The translations under genes and the position numbers were made by a program. 64,000 nt of DNA from an uncultured Clostridia bacterium (GTDB lineage: Bacteria; Bacillota; Clostridia; Christensenellales; UBA1242): positions 19,007 to 83,006 of the forward strand of contig CALWPG010000002.1 in the NCBI GenBank assembly GCA_944383375.1, given 5' to 3'. Numbering within the stretch: the stretch's first letter is position 1; the number at the start of each line of letters is the position of its first letter. Shown here piece by piece: positions 1 through 10,400 of this stretch. The notes beneath the pieces were generated by a model. The model ran no database searches. It saw only the letters and a list, made by a program, of their open reading frames with translations, and was not told where the DNA came from.

Positions 1-3000
1 CAATTTGTAATTCAAGACGGTTCAAACGGCGTGGCAACAGATGGCTTAAGCATGGTTTATGGTGGCACAACACAACCAAGCACACCAATAGGCTCATTCA
101 CATATGATCAATCTCAGGCATATGGCTATGGCTCATTTAGTGGTGGAGCATATGAAAATATGGATTACATGCATCACGACACGGGCGAGGGTACACTAGA
201 AAACCCATACCAAATACCAAACCTAGGTAAACTATATCAACTGCGAAATTTTGCTGAAAATGAAAATTTACTATATTTCAACCTCGTATCCAACATCAAT
301 GCAAGTTATGCAGGAACACAACTTGGCAACTGGACAAGTTTTGATATTCAAAACATCAATCTCAATGGCTATGACAGCCTAACTCAAGATTTTAGTGAAA
401 TTTCTAATCTAACATCTCGTGGTGGTGGAATGTTTGACCAAGTTACAAACAGCAACATCTCAAACATGAGACTTAATAATATTGGTTATGCAAATCCAAA
501 TGGAAAACCTTATATTGGTGCATTAGCAAATGAGGTTTTTGGTGCTTCGTCAAGTATTAGCGGAATTATTTTAAGCGATATAGACATTGATGAATCTTCA
601 TCGCAATTTTTTGATAATTACATATATGTCGGGGGAGTAGTTGGGCGCCTTGGCGAAAATGCAACGCTTGAAAATTGTTCCATCATAGAAGATTCCTTTG
701 ACCAAGATGCAGGCTTCAACATCGTCTTACCACATAACAAATCACTTACATTTGGTGGTTTTGTTGGACTTGTTGAGGGCGGAACAATAACTGGATGCAA
801 TATCAGCAGGCCTTTCACGGCGACATTAGACACAGGTACAACAACTGGTGCGCCGACATACATTGTCGGTGGCATTGCGGGTATGATGACTTCAGGCACG
901 ATACAAAACTGTACTTTAAACACCGATATGATGGCGGCTGCCACTGCCGCAGGGGACTCAAGACTGCAAGCCACAGCTGATGCTAACAGCGCAACCATCT
1001 ATGTTGGTGGAATTGTCGGTGTAGTTGGAGAAAAAGTAGATAACCAAATTTCCAATTCAGCAAACAGCGGAACTATTTCAAATTGCTTTGTTGCATCAAA
1101 TGCAACCATTATTGCTGGAAATGCATACAACGTTAAAACTGCCTATGTTGGTGGCATAAGTGGTTTTGGTGGAACAATCTTGAATTGCTACAACAATGCA
1201 AGCCGACTTGTTGGCATTGCAAAATATAACTATACCTCCCCATCTGACGAAGAATATCTAAATTCAGACTATGAGTATAACAACGGAAGATGGGAAGAAA
1301 GAACAGAGGAAATAGCTTATACTCACACAAAAATTTACACCAATGCAACTGAGTCGCTTAGTTTCAACAGAAGCAAAAAATTGACATATGGTACAGTGGA
1401 ACAACATGCATATGTTGCAGGAATTGCAAACAGTTATGACAATGTAGATTACGTTGTAAACAATTGCGAGTACATTTCAGGTGGTCTGGATGCTAGGCGC
1501 GCCATTGGCTACTATGATGTTGATACCGATGCGATGAATAGGATAACAATAAATTCTAAAGTATGGTTGAATGCGGCCCTGGCTGCCTTTAAATATGCTA
1601 AAAGTGTTGGTGCCTTGTCGCATTTGATTCGCAATATTGCCATTGGAGTAGGCATTGTTGCAGGATATAAACTATTTAATACACTTAACTCCGATGTCAG
1701 TGTAGACCAATATTATATGGACGGAAGTGGCTATCAATACACAACAGACAGTACGAACTATTATGATAATAATATTTTCAAAAATAATAGAGATGCTTGG
1801 GATCTTATTCTCCAAATTTTCAGTGCTGCGACTATAGGCATGGGTGATCTCATTCAAATGACAGAGTCGACAGGACTAGACTTCCCAGTTGGTTCTCCAA
1901 ACTACCAAGATGTATATATGTCCGCTTTGGATGAATTCTTTACAGGAGACGACTGGGTTGGACTTAGCGAATTAAGCCTAGACGATGGTTTGTCATACAT
2001 ATATAACTCCAGAGTATTTGAAGGCAAAAATAGTAACCTTTATGTCTATGACGTCTACTCACACTCAATTGGTAGCCCTGCTATCACAACAGGCACAACA
2101 GGCAATGTGGCTTGGAAAGAAGGGGTTATGAAAGAAGTTCCTGTCATGACCAATTCAGGCATGTCAATAAATTTGTACAACTTTAATGATTACACAATGC
2201 TAAATGAATATAAGGGATTGATTGACCTTAGGGCTTCAAATTCACAATATTCATACCTTTGGGAAGTAAGCAATGATGTTTTGGAAAAACTTGATGGAAC
2301 TACTTATAGTCAAACAAATAGTTATGGTAGCACAGAAAGCTGGGGTGATGATTGGATTGAAGTTGATGGAAATATCGTCAATACCAACTCACCAGAATAC
2401 CAAACAACAACTGACGGTGAGACAATAAACAATGCAGAAACAGATGGTGAAACAGCTACCATAACTGTGCAAGATGTTGCAGACTATCGTGGAGCTGTCA
2501 ATGTTGTAAATGCCATTTTGGGAGAGAGTGCAGAAAATCCATACAACCCAGAAAATGTCGATACAGATAAGTTAAATGCACTGAAAACTGCAGTGAATAG
2601 TGGCAATATCACAATTGTGTTTGCTCCATCATCAAATGGTATGAGTTTGAAACTGTTAGATTTTGCTGGATACTCCGTGGGTGGATTTGGAACTGACGAT
2701 ATGCCATTTAGTGGAACCTTAACTGCACAAAATTACTCAGGTGTTGAATTGACCGGTTTCTCACCAAACAGCAACTCAAATGCTTTAACAACTGGCCTTG
2801 TAAACAATGCAGGCGATGTTGAGATCTCAAACATCAACATTTCCTACTCATCTTCCTTTACTATGCTTTCACTCAACAACGCAGCACAAGACCCTATCAA
2901 AAAGGTTGGTGGTTTTGTTGGTAAAGTGCAGAATGGTGGAAATGTCACAATAACAAATAGCACTGTTGCATTTGTTGGCAGTGATTACAACAAAAATGGC

Positions 3001-6000
3001 CAAAGAAGCACTCAAAAACTCGACGTTGGTGGTTTTGTTGGTTACTTGGGACAAAATGCCACACTTGATATCACATATGGTGAAGTGGAAAACTTTGATG
3101 TCAACCTCACAGGTTCACTTAGTGATAATAGTGCAAACAGTGGCATAGGTGGACTTGTTGGGAACATGGCACAAGGATCAACTGTTACCATCAACAGCAA
3201 TTTGGAAATCAACCTTGGTACAAATGGCATACAATCAAATTCTTCAAACAATGTTGCAGGTGGCGCTGTTGGTATAATGCAAGGTGCAACCTTATCTGGA
3301 AATGGAACACTGACTTTGTCAAGTGGTGGAAACATTCAAGTTGAAAACACCTCGGGAACATCTTCCTATGCAGGTGGTGTGGTTGGATACATGACTGGTT
3401 CAAACACCATAGACTTTGCTTTAGTAGACATTCAGTTAAGGAAAATTTCTGCCACCACAGCAGTGCAAGGCGCTACAACCTATGCAGGTGGTGTAATCGG
3501 CGCTGCACAAAACGCACCAACAATCAGTGGAATCATAACGGTTGGACTTGATCAATATGATGTAACAAATCAAACCATCATAAGTTCCGGCATTGGTGGA
3601 AGTGAGTATTCAAACCTTGCCTATGCTGATGTGTTTGGAACTGTGATTGGTAATAACACAACATCTCGACTTGAAATAGCAAATGCCACAGTCAATGCAC
3701 GCGCAATGGCTTTTGCAGATCCAAAATATGATCCAGATCCATCTTTAGATATCTTAAAGCCTAGTCAAGATCCAATCAGTTCAAGACAAGTTGTAAGGAA
3801 TATTTTGGAAAACACAACAACCACTAATAATGGAAATACTGAAAAAACTGGCGAAGAATTCTTTACAGTTGATGTGTTTGAATATCCTACCCAAGTTACT
3901 CAAAACATTGAAAATGCATACATCAATGGCGAAGCATTCACTTTGTACAACTATCAAAAATATGTGTACATCATAATCACCAAAGGCACTACAGCATTCA
4001 ATGATGATTTCAACACATATTCCATCAAAGAGAGCGTATATCGTCTGTCAATCTCAGGGCAGATGAGTGATGGTGATTTTGACATTGTCAACCAAACATC
4101 TCTTGAATTTGTCACAGCACACTCATTTATGACAACAAGCCCAATATACAGAAACGCAGTGCAAAGCGGTGTGCCAATTTACATGAGTGAAAGAGGGGAT
4201 GATTTTGTACCAAACCAGATAAATTCAAACAATTTGGTAAACACAGACGCAGGAATTGATGATGATATAGAGATGGGCGGAAGTGTTCAAACCATTTCCT
4301 CATATTCTATCAGAACCGATGGTGATGGCAATAGTTATATCGACATGCAAGAAAGCATAAAAGGCACGAGGTCAAATATTACAATTAATGATACAACTGG
4401 GGACAGTTTAACTAGCCCAAATGTCACAAACGAAGAAACATCTGTGACATATGGTACCATAACTTTAACTGATGAAGCCTTGGTACTTGAATACCAAAAT
4501 GGCAACGGTGGTGTGGTGTTGGAGAATACTTTGTACACTCTTTTAAGTAATAACATCTACAGTGATGTAAGTAGCATCAATGGAAATATAACCTTAAACA
4601 CAACGATGGGTTCGGAAAAAATAGATATTAATTCAATAAAAAATACCGAACAGTTGAAATTGGACATTAAATTAAACAATGGCAATTATTCACTACAAAA
4701 CCAATCAACAGAAAGTGATATTTCATTTGACATAGTTGCAACATTGAGCAATACCATCAGAGTGGATGGACAACGCGACAGGCAATATCGTGTAATATTC
4801 CTGTCAGTGTACAACGGCACATCACAGATTGCTCAAAACATAAGTGGATATTTGTATCAGGAATATGTCTATTTAACAGACGGAACCAACCTTTATTATC
4901 TCGGTGATATAAGTTATGTGACAGATAGTCTAATAGAAGATTTTGTTAATATCTCACGTAATGCTCAATTTTTCCCAAATGCCATAGCCATAACAAATCA
5001 CAAAAATAATTTAAAATCGCTAAGCCAAATTACTGACCCTATCTCATCCTATAGCGATTTCCCTGAAATTACTGTTACAACACACAATACTGTCAGTGAA
5101 TACTATATAGATGCATCAACACCAATTACAAATGGTGTGTATCAAATCATTGGCAATACCAGTGAAGTTCAAATTGATTATACCTTAATGTTGGACAACA
5201 TTGTTATCAATTCAATAAATAGTGTTGAGGTAAACTTTACTTGTACACAAACTGAAAGAGAAAGTGGAGGCAACGAAGAGATTTCTTCAACCATTGCACT
5301 TGGCAACACCACTTGGAACATTGTGAATGCCAATGTATATGAAGACTCAGTAAGCGAAGACAATCTTCTTTCAAATACTCTTGTATTGCAAAAACAAGAG
5401 GTTAACGATGGTACAATTTCATTAACTACCGAAATATATCATTTTGATTTTAGCAATGACGACGTTTTGACCGGATTTACACTTTACACAACCGGCGACT
5501 TCACTGTTGATCGTGACGATAATTACATAATCACAGGAAATGGAACATCGTACGGCCCAGATGGTAGCAGTGCAGTGGCAAATAGGTCAGACGATGAAAA
5601 TGGCTTTGGCTACGATGTGACCTTAAATGGTTCAAATACAATTGTTGAACTTACCGAGGGTGATGTTACACAATATTTCCAACTTCCTGGATCTGCCACA
5701 GCTGGAGGTGTTGAATATAGCAATGATGCACTGACAATAAAAATTGGAGATTGTAGTTATCAGTTTAGATTTAATGGAACAAACTTCATATTGAATAGTT
5801 ACACCTTCACTCAATCTCATAACAATGAGAGCTATACCATTACCGAAACTCACACATCACAAACTGAAAAAACCATTTCAATTTCATATGGCACAAGCAG
5901 CAATACAGTGGGTTTAACCGACAGCAGTTGGCAATACATAACAGGTGGAACAATTAGCCAGCCAACAGTAGTGGATAAGTTCTTCAGCTACAGCATAGAA

Positions 6001-7461
6001 GATTACATAAGCGAGGTTACGGGCAGTGAAGGAATCATAAACATAACAGCTCGTGACAATCAAACGATTCTTGCCACCTTTGAAAGGGAGACACTTTTGA
6101 GTATTGATTATTTTAGCGCAAACTTTGGTGATGTCGAAGCACAAGTTTATGTGGACTCTTCAAACCATGTTGTGGTTCTTGTCAAAAACAACGGTGAATG
6201 GGCTACATTGAAAGATAAGAACACCGATGTATATCTAGATTTTGGAGGCTCGGGCGATCTTGAATTGACAAATGTGACTGTCATGGATAAAGGTGGTGTC
6301 ACAGTGGTAAGACTGTCACAAAATGGCACAAACTTGGACTATGACATAACAAATGGCTACATACTTGCAAGTGTTGTAGCACAACAAGCATCGTCAAGAT
6401 ATTCTGATCAAACGTTAGATTATACAAAGTATAATTACGATACAACATACATCAATGGCATAGAGAGCCAGATAACAAAAATAATTTATGACACAGTAAC
6501 CCTTGAAGTGAACTTTGGTGTAAACTCTGTTGAACTCATTCCATTCAATAATGATTATGCAATACGCTTAACAGATGCCACTAACCTTACAGACGATGGT
6601 ACAAATAATGCATATTTCACCATGAGAGCTGGAAATGAAATCTCTGGCACCGTTGGTGAAGAGCAAGAAATTAGTTCAAGTTTAGGCGTGCAAGTTCCTA
6701 ATGGTGGTGTTTATGTTCTTTTAAACAATGCAACGATATTAATTAACAACGACAATATAGCAGTAACTGAATATGTCTATATAAGAAATACAGAGGATAC
6801 CAACTGGTATTCAGGACTAAATGATGGTTTTAGTATTGTATATGAGAGTACCGACGAAGAAGGCACAACTCAAACAATTTCAAGAGCGCAAGGCACATGC
6901 ACAACAACTGATGGTTACACAACCTTCACAGAAAGGCTGGTGACTACAACTGGATCAGGCTCAGTTACAGTTGTCTATAACTGGTCGTTTAGATCAGGCA
7001 AGGTGGTTGAGTACTATCAAGTAAGCCGTTTATCTGACTTGGTAAACAATTACAATAGATACACGAGTTTGGGTTTAGTGGCTGGCACGACTTCTGGTGA
7101 AACTTCAAACATACAACAAAGTGTGTTTGTGCTAGATGGAGGAAGGGTGCTTGATGTTGTGTTTGGAATGATGACCTACAGTCAGACCATAGAGTCCGTA
7201 ACTAAAACTGATGACGATAGTGGTTTTGGCTACTCGGTTGACTTTAGTGGTGAAAACACAGTAGTTGTACTGACTGAGGGTGAAACAGAACAATCATTTA
7301 CCTTATCTGGCACTGACGGTGATGTAACATATGGTACTGATGAAAATAATAATGTCACACTCACAGTTGTAGTGTTTGACAGTCAAGGCGACTCATACAC
7401 ACATACCTTTAGATGGGACAGCCAAAGTAACACATTTACACAAGAGACACAACAAGTTTAA
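1..7461 (+). CDS. Giant surface/secreted beta-helix protein with GLUG-type repeats (5' end lies outside window; 2486 codons visible)
   Basis: The frame is open from base 1, with no stop before the GTG at 31 used by the ORF track, so the gene is truncated by the window edge. There are two blocks of reiterated [YF]-[VA]-G-G-[IVF]-x-G ... N-[CS] turns (nt ~620-1450 and ~2900-3535). Each block is preceded by an E-N-P-Y leader (nt ~187-250 and ~2524-2592), the layout of GLUG-motif / parallel beta-helix surface proteins. Composition is N/T/S/Y-rich and almost Cys-free. An odd hydrophobic stretch IRNIAIGVGIVAGYKLF lies at nt ~1630-1680. There is no LPXTG-type C-terminus. Confidence 0.85.
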   Translation, partial: QFVIQDGSNGVATDGLSMVYGGTTQPSTPIGSFTYDQSQAYGYGSFSGGAYENMDYMHHDTGEGTLENPYQIPNLGKLYQLRNFAENENLLYFNLVSNINASYAGTQLGNWTSFDIQNINLNGYDSLTQDFSEISNLTSRGGGMFDQVTNSNISNMRLNNIGYANPNGKPYIGALANEVFGASSSISGIILSDIDIDESSSQFFDNYIYVGGVVGRLGENATLENCSIIEDSFDQDAGFNIVLPHNKSLTFGGFVGLVEGGTITGCNISRPFTATLDTGTTTGAPTYIVGGIAGMMTSGTIQNCTLNTDMMAAATAAGDSRLQATADANSATIYVGGIVGVVGEKVDNQISNSANSGTISNCFVASNATIIAGNAYNVKTAYVGGISGFGGTILNCYNNASRLVGIAKYNYTSPSDEEYLNSDYEYNNGRWEERTEEIAYTHTKIYTNATESLSFNRSKKLTYGTVEQHAYVAGIANSYDNVDYVVNNCEYISGGLDARRAIGYYDVDTDAMNRITINSKVWLNAALAAFKYAKSVGALSHLIRNIAIGVGIVAGYKLFNTLNSDVSVDQYYMDGSGYQYTTDSTNYYDNNIFKNNRDAWDLILQIFSAATIGMGDLIQMTESTGLDFPVGSPNYQDVYMSALDEFFTGDDWVGLSELSLDDGLSYIYNSRVFEGKNSNLYVYDVYSHSIGSPAITTGTTGNVAWKEGVMKEVPVMTNSGMSINLYNFNDYTMLNEYKGLIDLRASNSQYSYLWEVSNDVLEKLDGTTYSQTNSYGSTESWGDDWIEVDGNIVNTNSPEYQTTTDGETINNAETDGETATITVQDVADYRGAVNVVNAILGESAENPYNPENVDTDKLNALKTAVNSGNITIVFAPSSNGMSLKLLDFAGYSVGGFGTDDMPFSGTLTAQNYSGVELTGFSPNSNSNALTTGLVNNAGDVEISNINISYSSSFTMLSLNNAAQDPIKKVGGFVGKVQNGGNVTITNSTVAFVGSDYNKNGQRSTQKLDVGGFVGYLGQNATLDITYGEVENFDVNLTGSLSDNSANSGIGGLVGNMAQGSTVTINSNLEINLGTNGIQSNSSNNVAGGAVGIMQGATLSGNGTLTLSSGGNIQVENTSGTSSYAGGVVGYMTGSNTIDFALVDIQLRKISATTAVQGATTYAGGVIGAAQNAPTISGIITVGLDQYDVTNQTIISSGIGGSEYSNLAYADVFGTVIGNNTTSRLEIANATVNARAMAFADPKYDPDPSLDILKPSQDPISSRQVVRNILENTTTTNNGNTEKTGEEFFTVDVFEYPTQVTQNIENAYINGEAFTLYNYQKYVYIIITKGTTAFNDDFNTYSIKESVYRLSISGQMSDGDFDIVNQTSLEFVTAHSFMTTSPIYRNAVQSGVPIYMSERGDDFVPNQINSNNLVNTDAGIDDDIEMGGSVQTISSYSIRTDGDGNSYIDMQESIKGTRSNITINDTTGDSLTSPNVTNEETSVTYGTITLTDEALVLEYQNGNGGVVLENTLYTLLSNNIYSDVSSINGNITLNTTMGSEKIDINSIKNTEQLKLDIKLNNGNYSLQNQSTESDISFDIVATLSNTIRVDGQRDRQYRVIFLSVYNGTSQIAQNISGYLYQEYVYLTDGTNLYYLGDISYVTDSLIEDFVNISRNAQFFPNAIAITNHKNNLKSLSQITDPISSYSDFPEITVTTHNTVSEYYIDASTPITNGVYQIIGNTSEVQIDYTLMLDNIVINSINSVEVNFTCTQTERESGGNEEISSTIALGNTTWNIVNANVYEDSVSEDNLLSNTLVLQKQEVNDGTISLTTEIYHFDFSNDDVLTGFTLYTTGDFTVDRDDNYIITGNGTSYGPDGSSAVANRSDDENGFGYDVTLNGSNTIVELTEGDVTQYFQLPGSATAGGVEYSNDALTIKIGDCSYQFRFNGTNFILNSYTFTQSHNNESYTITETHTSQTEKTISISYGTSSNTVGLTDSSWQYITGGTISQPTVVDKFFSYSIEDYISEVTGSEGIINITARDNQTILATFERETLLSIDYFSANFGDVEAQVYVDSSNHVVVLVKNNGEWATLKDKNTDVYLDFGGSGDLELTNVTVMDKGGVTVVRLSQNGTNLDYDITNGYILASVVAQQASSRYSDQTLDYTKYNYDTTYINGIESQITKIIYDTVTLEVNFGVNSVELIPFNNDYAIRLTDATNLTDDGTNNAYFTMRAGNEISGTVGEEQEISSSLGVQVPNGGVYVLLNNATILINNDNIAVTEYVYIRNTEDTNWYSGLNDGFSIVYESTDEEGTTQTISRAQGTCTTTDGYTTFTERLVTTTGSGSVTVVYNWSFRSGKVVEYYQVSRLSDLVNNYNRYTSLGLVAGTTSGETSNIQQSVFVLDGGRVLDVVFGMMTYSQTIESVTKTDDDSGFGYSVDFSGENTVVVLTEGETEQSFTLSGTDGDVTYGTDENNNVTLTVVVFDSQGDSYTHTFRWDSQSNTFTQETQQV

Positions 7462-7491
7462 AAAAATACAAATTTGATAAATGGAGAGAAA

Positions 7492-10400
7492 ATGAAAAAA
7501 TATTTATGGATTAGTTGTTTAATATTCATTTCAATATGCACACTGCTTTTGGGTGCCTGTGGAGAAGATTACACTCAATTTTCTCTCCGTTTTTCAAGCC
7601 CAAGCATAGAACTTGAACAAAACACGTCTTCTGATTATGAGATAATCATAGACAACTATTTTGAAACAGATGTCAATTTTCACTTCGCATTTGACACACC
7701 TATTGTTTCCATAAGTCAGCCAACAGAGCAGGGAAATGGTCATTTTAGAATCACTGTGACGGCGACTGAAATGGTGGGAAATGCCACTCTAACCATCACC
7801 TTGCTCGAGGGTAACAAAAAACTCATGATTCCCGTGTCTGTCTATGAACCAGTACAGTCCATGCAATTAAAAGATAGTGTGGATATGTTTGTGCTTAGAG
7901 GAGATTCAATCACACTTCACAGTGATATGTTGGACTACTATCCATCATCCACACGACAAAGAGAGGTCAATTTTGAAATAGATGGTCAAGTTTTGACCGA
8001 TGGAATACTCACAACTGACGCAAGTACTGCCGATGTCATCACCGTGACCGCTGTGAATGTATACAACCCAAATGTCACATACACCTTTAATGTCACAGTT
8101 TTGGATGCAATAGACACACAAAACATAAGCCTCTCCTATGAAAATGAGGTGATTTTGCCAATTGATGAAGATGAGACAAGCTATATTGAACTCATTGAGA
8201 ACAGCGATACCTTATTTTCAAAAACCTTGTCACTTGTATTTGATCGAAGATATGAATATCAAATATTTGTAAAGAGCAACTCAAGAACTGTGGAAACTAT
8301 GGTTTCTCCAAACTTTGAAAATATGCTCTTTGTTCCAATTCAAGCCACAGACTTTTCACTTGATGAAGACGTCTTGGTGGTTAGGGTCAAATATCCAAAC
8401 TATGATGCCTACCATGTGGACATTGAATACAGAGTGGAAACCGTGGCAATGCCAAGTGGGGTGTTGATCAACGGTGAACAAGATTTGGGAATTATCAACC
8501 TCTTTGACAATGATGATGATTCTCGCGCAAAAGACCTTTTGCTCACTGTCACTCCAATGACAGCCGATTATGAAAATATAGCGCTTGAGTTCTATATTTC
8601 AAACAATTCTCAGCTCACAAGAGTTGACTATGAAGATATAGATGACTACATCTGCATCAAATATGGCATAGGTGAAATTTCAAATGAAACTCAAATAACA
8701 AACCTCACACAGCCACTGAGTGTATTTGGAAGAAATGCCTTGCCACAAAACTTAGGTCAATATGTTGTTGTTCGCTTTGTGGTGCAAAACGATTTTAGCA
8801 CTCAACCTGTCTACAACGATGTCACGTTTGCCATTAACAAAAGCGCTTCAAATTTCTATGTGAATGACGAATACACAAATTCCACAATTTATGTAAAAAA
8901 TGGCGAAAGTGTTATCTTCAACGGCTTCACCGTAGAGGAAGAGGATGCTGTTGTTGGAATAATAACGCCAACAGGCAGTCTACTTTCAAATAGTATATGT
9001 ACTGTGACACAGACACAAAACAGTTTGGATAATAACATTGCGGAAATTGAGATCACAGCACATCAAAATGGTGATGCGCAGTATTATCTAGTGCTAGAAA
9101 GTGGCATATCCACAAGAATAAACATCCTAGTTCGTGATGAACTTGATTTAAACAACCTTTGGTTTTATGTCGAAGACACCGACAACAATGTTGCACAGGT
9201 AGAATACAAGCAATCGAATTCAGACAACAACACCTTATCTTTTGTTGCTGTAAGAAATGGTGGAGAAGTCAACATCATGGCAAACATTGCACCAAGAGGT
9301 GTAAGTTCGTCAATGTACAGCATAGCACTTTCAAACAACGACCTTACAATCAATGGAAGCAAAATTTCTTTTGCTTCGGCAGATAATATAAGACGTGAAG
9401 TCACTGTCTCCATAACAAGGTACATAATTGAAGATTTTAAACTTCAAGCAGATGACAGTCTTGCACAGGGTGGAGTTTACAACTTTGATATATTATGTTT
9501 TGAACCTATATCCACATTTAGTTTTGATGCCAAAAATTCAAGTGATCTTGAAGAGGGATTTTCAAACAATGTCAACGTGTACGATCTAAACACACCTCTT
9601 GGCTTTGTGGATAGAATTATGGCAGAAGTGGATTTTAGATACACTATTGGAGGTGTTGAGTATAGTTTTGAAGATCTGAACAGATTTTCACCAGAATTCT
9701 CTTTTTCGGTGAATGAAACACGAGATCCAAATACTGGTGAGTATCAATTAAGCGATTCCGGTAGTTTGATCTATGGATACTTCAATCCAACAACGGGGAA
9801 ATTTTTGTGCAATGCCACGGGTAGACCTCGTGGAAGTTTCACGATCACTGCAAGACTTTATGAATATGGCAATGTCATTTCATCCACGGTACAAATAAAT
9901 ATCGTGGAATATGTTCAAGTTGAAGAGGTTTGGCTGTACAATTACATGGAAGAGATATACCTTGACCCAACTAACACACAGCAAATAATATATCCATATT
10001 TGCTTCCTCAAAATGCCACAAACCAAAATTTTGTCGCTTGGTTTGAACCTGACGAGAATACAAGTTCAACAATTGTTCAACTTCAATATGATGCAAACAG
10101 CATAACCGTGACCTACACCGGAAGTGGTGGTGGAAGTGGCAATATTGTAATTGTTCCTTCCTCTTGGTTTAGAAGCAGTGATAGAAATGATGTGTTGTCA
10201 CGCAAAGAGATAGAAATAAATGTTGGAGATGGTTCAAAAGAAAATCCACTTCATATAAACACGTTTGAACAGTTTAAAAACATTGACTTGACAAAATACT
10301 ATATAATTGACGGACTCATTGATGCAGGTGGTGAATCAGTAGCCACCTTTGGCGAGCTAACTGGTGGAATTTCTGGAAATTCTGCATCAAGTGGTATAAT

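Noticed and set aside
618-998. 126-aa antisense ORF inside the first giant gene. Similar antisense ORFs occur at 3042-3335, 3209-3403 and 13818-14153.
   Set aside because: They coincide exactly with the GLUG repeat blocks. Codons for G-G-x-V-G/T/N on the sense strand give stop-poor P/T/V/A-rich antisense frames. They have no SD and a low-complexity composition, and the sense frame is part of multi-kb ORFs.
7474-7491. N-terminal extensions in the ORF track at 7474, 18799, 21494, 27418, 42527, 44735, 44809, 51802, 52908, 55438 and 55883.
   Set aside because: The extensions start at TTG or other weak codons without an SD. They often overlap the upstream gene or a promoter, and they prepend non-signal sequence to obvious signal peptides or conserved N-termini. 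Downstream ATGs with AGGAGG-type SDs were used instead.
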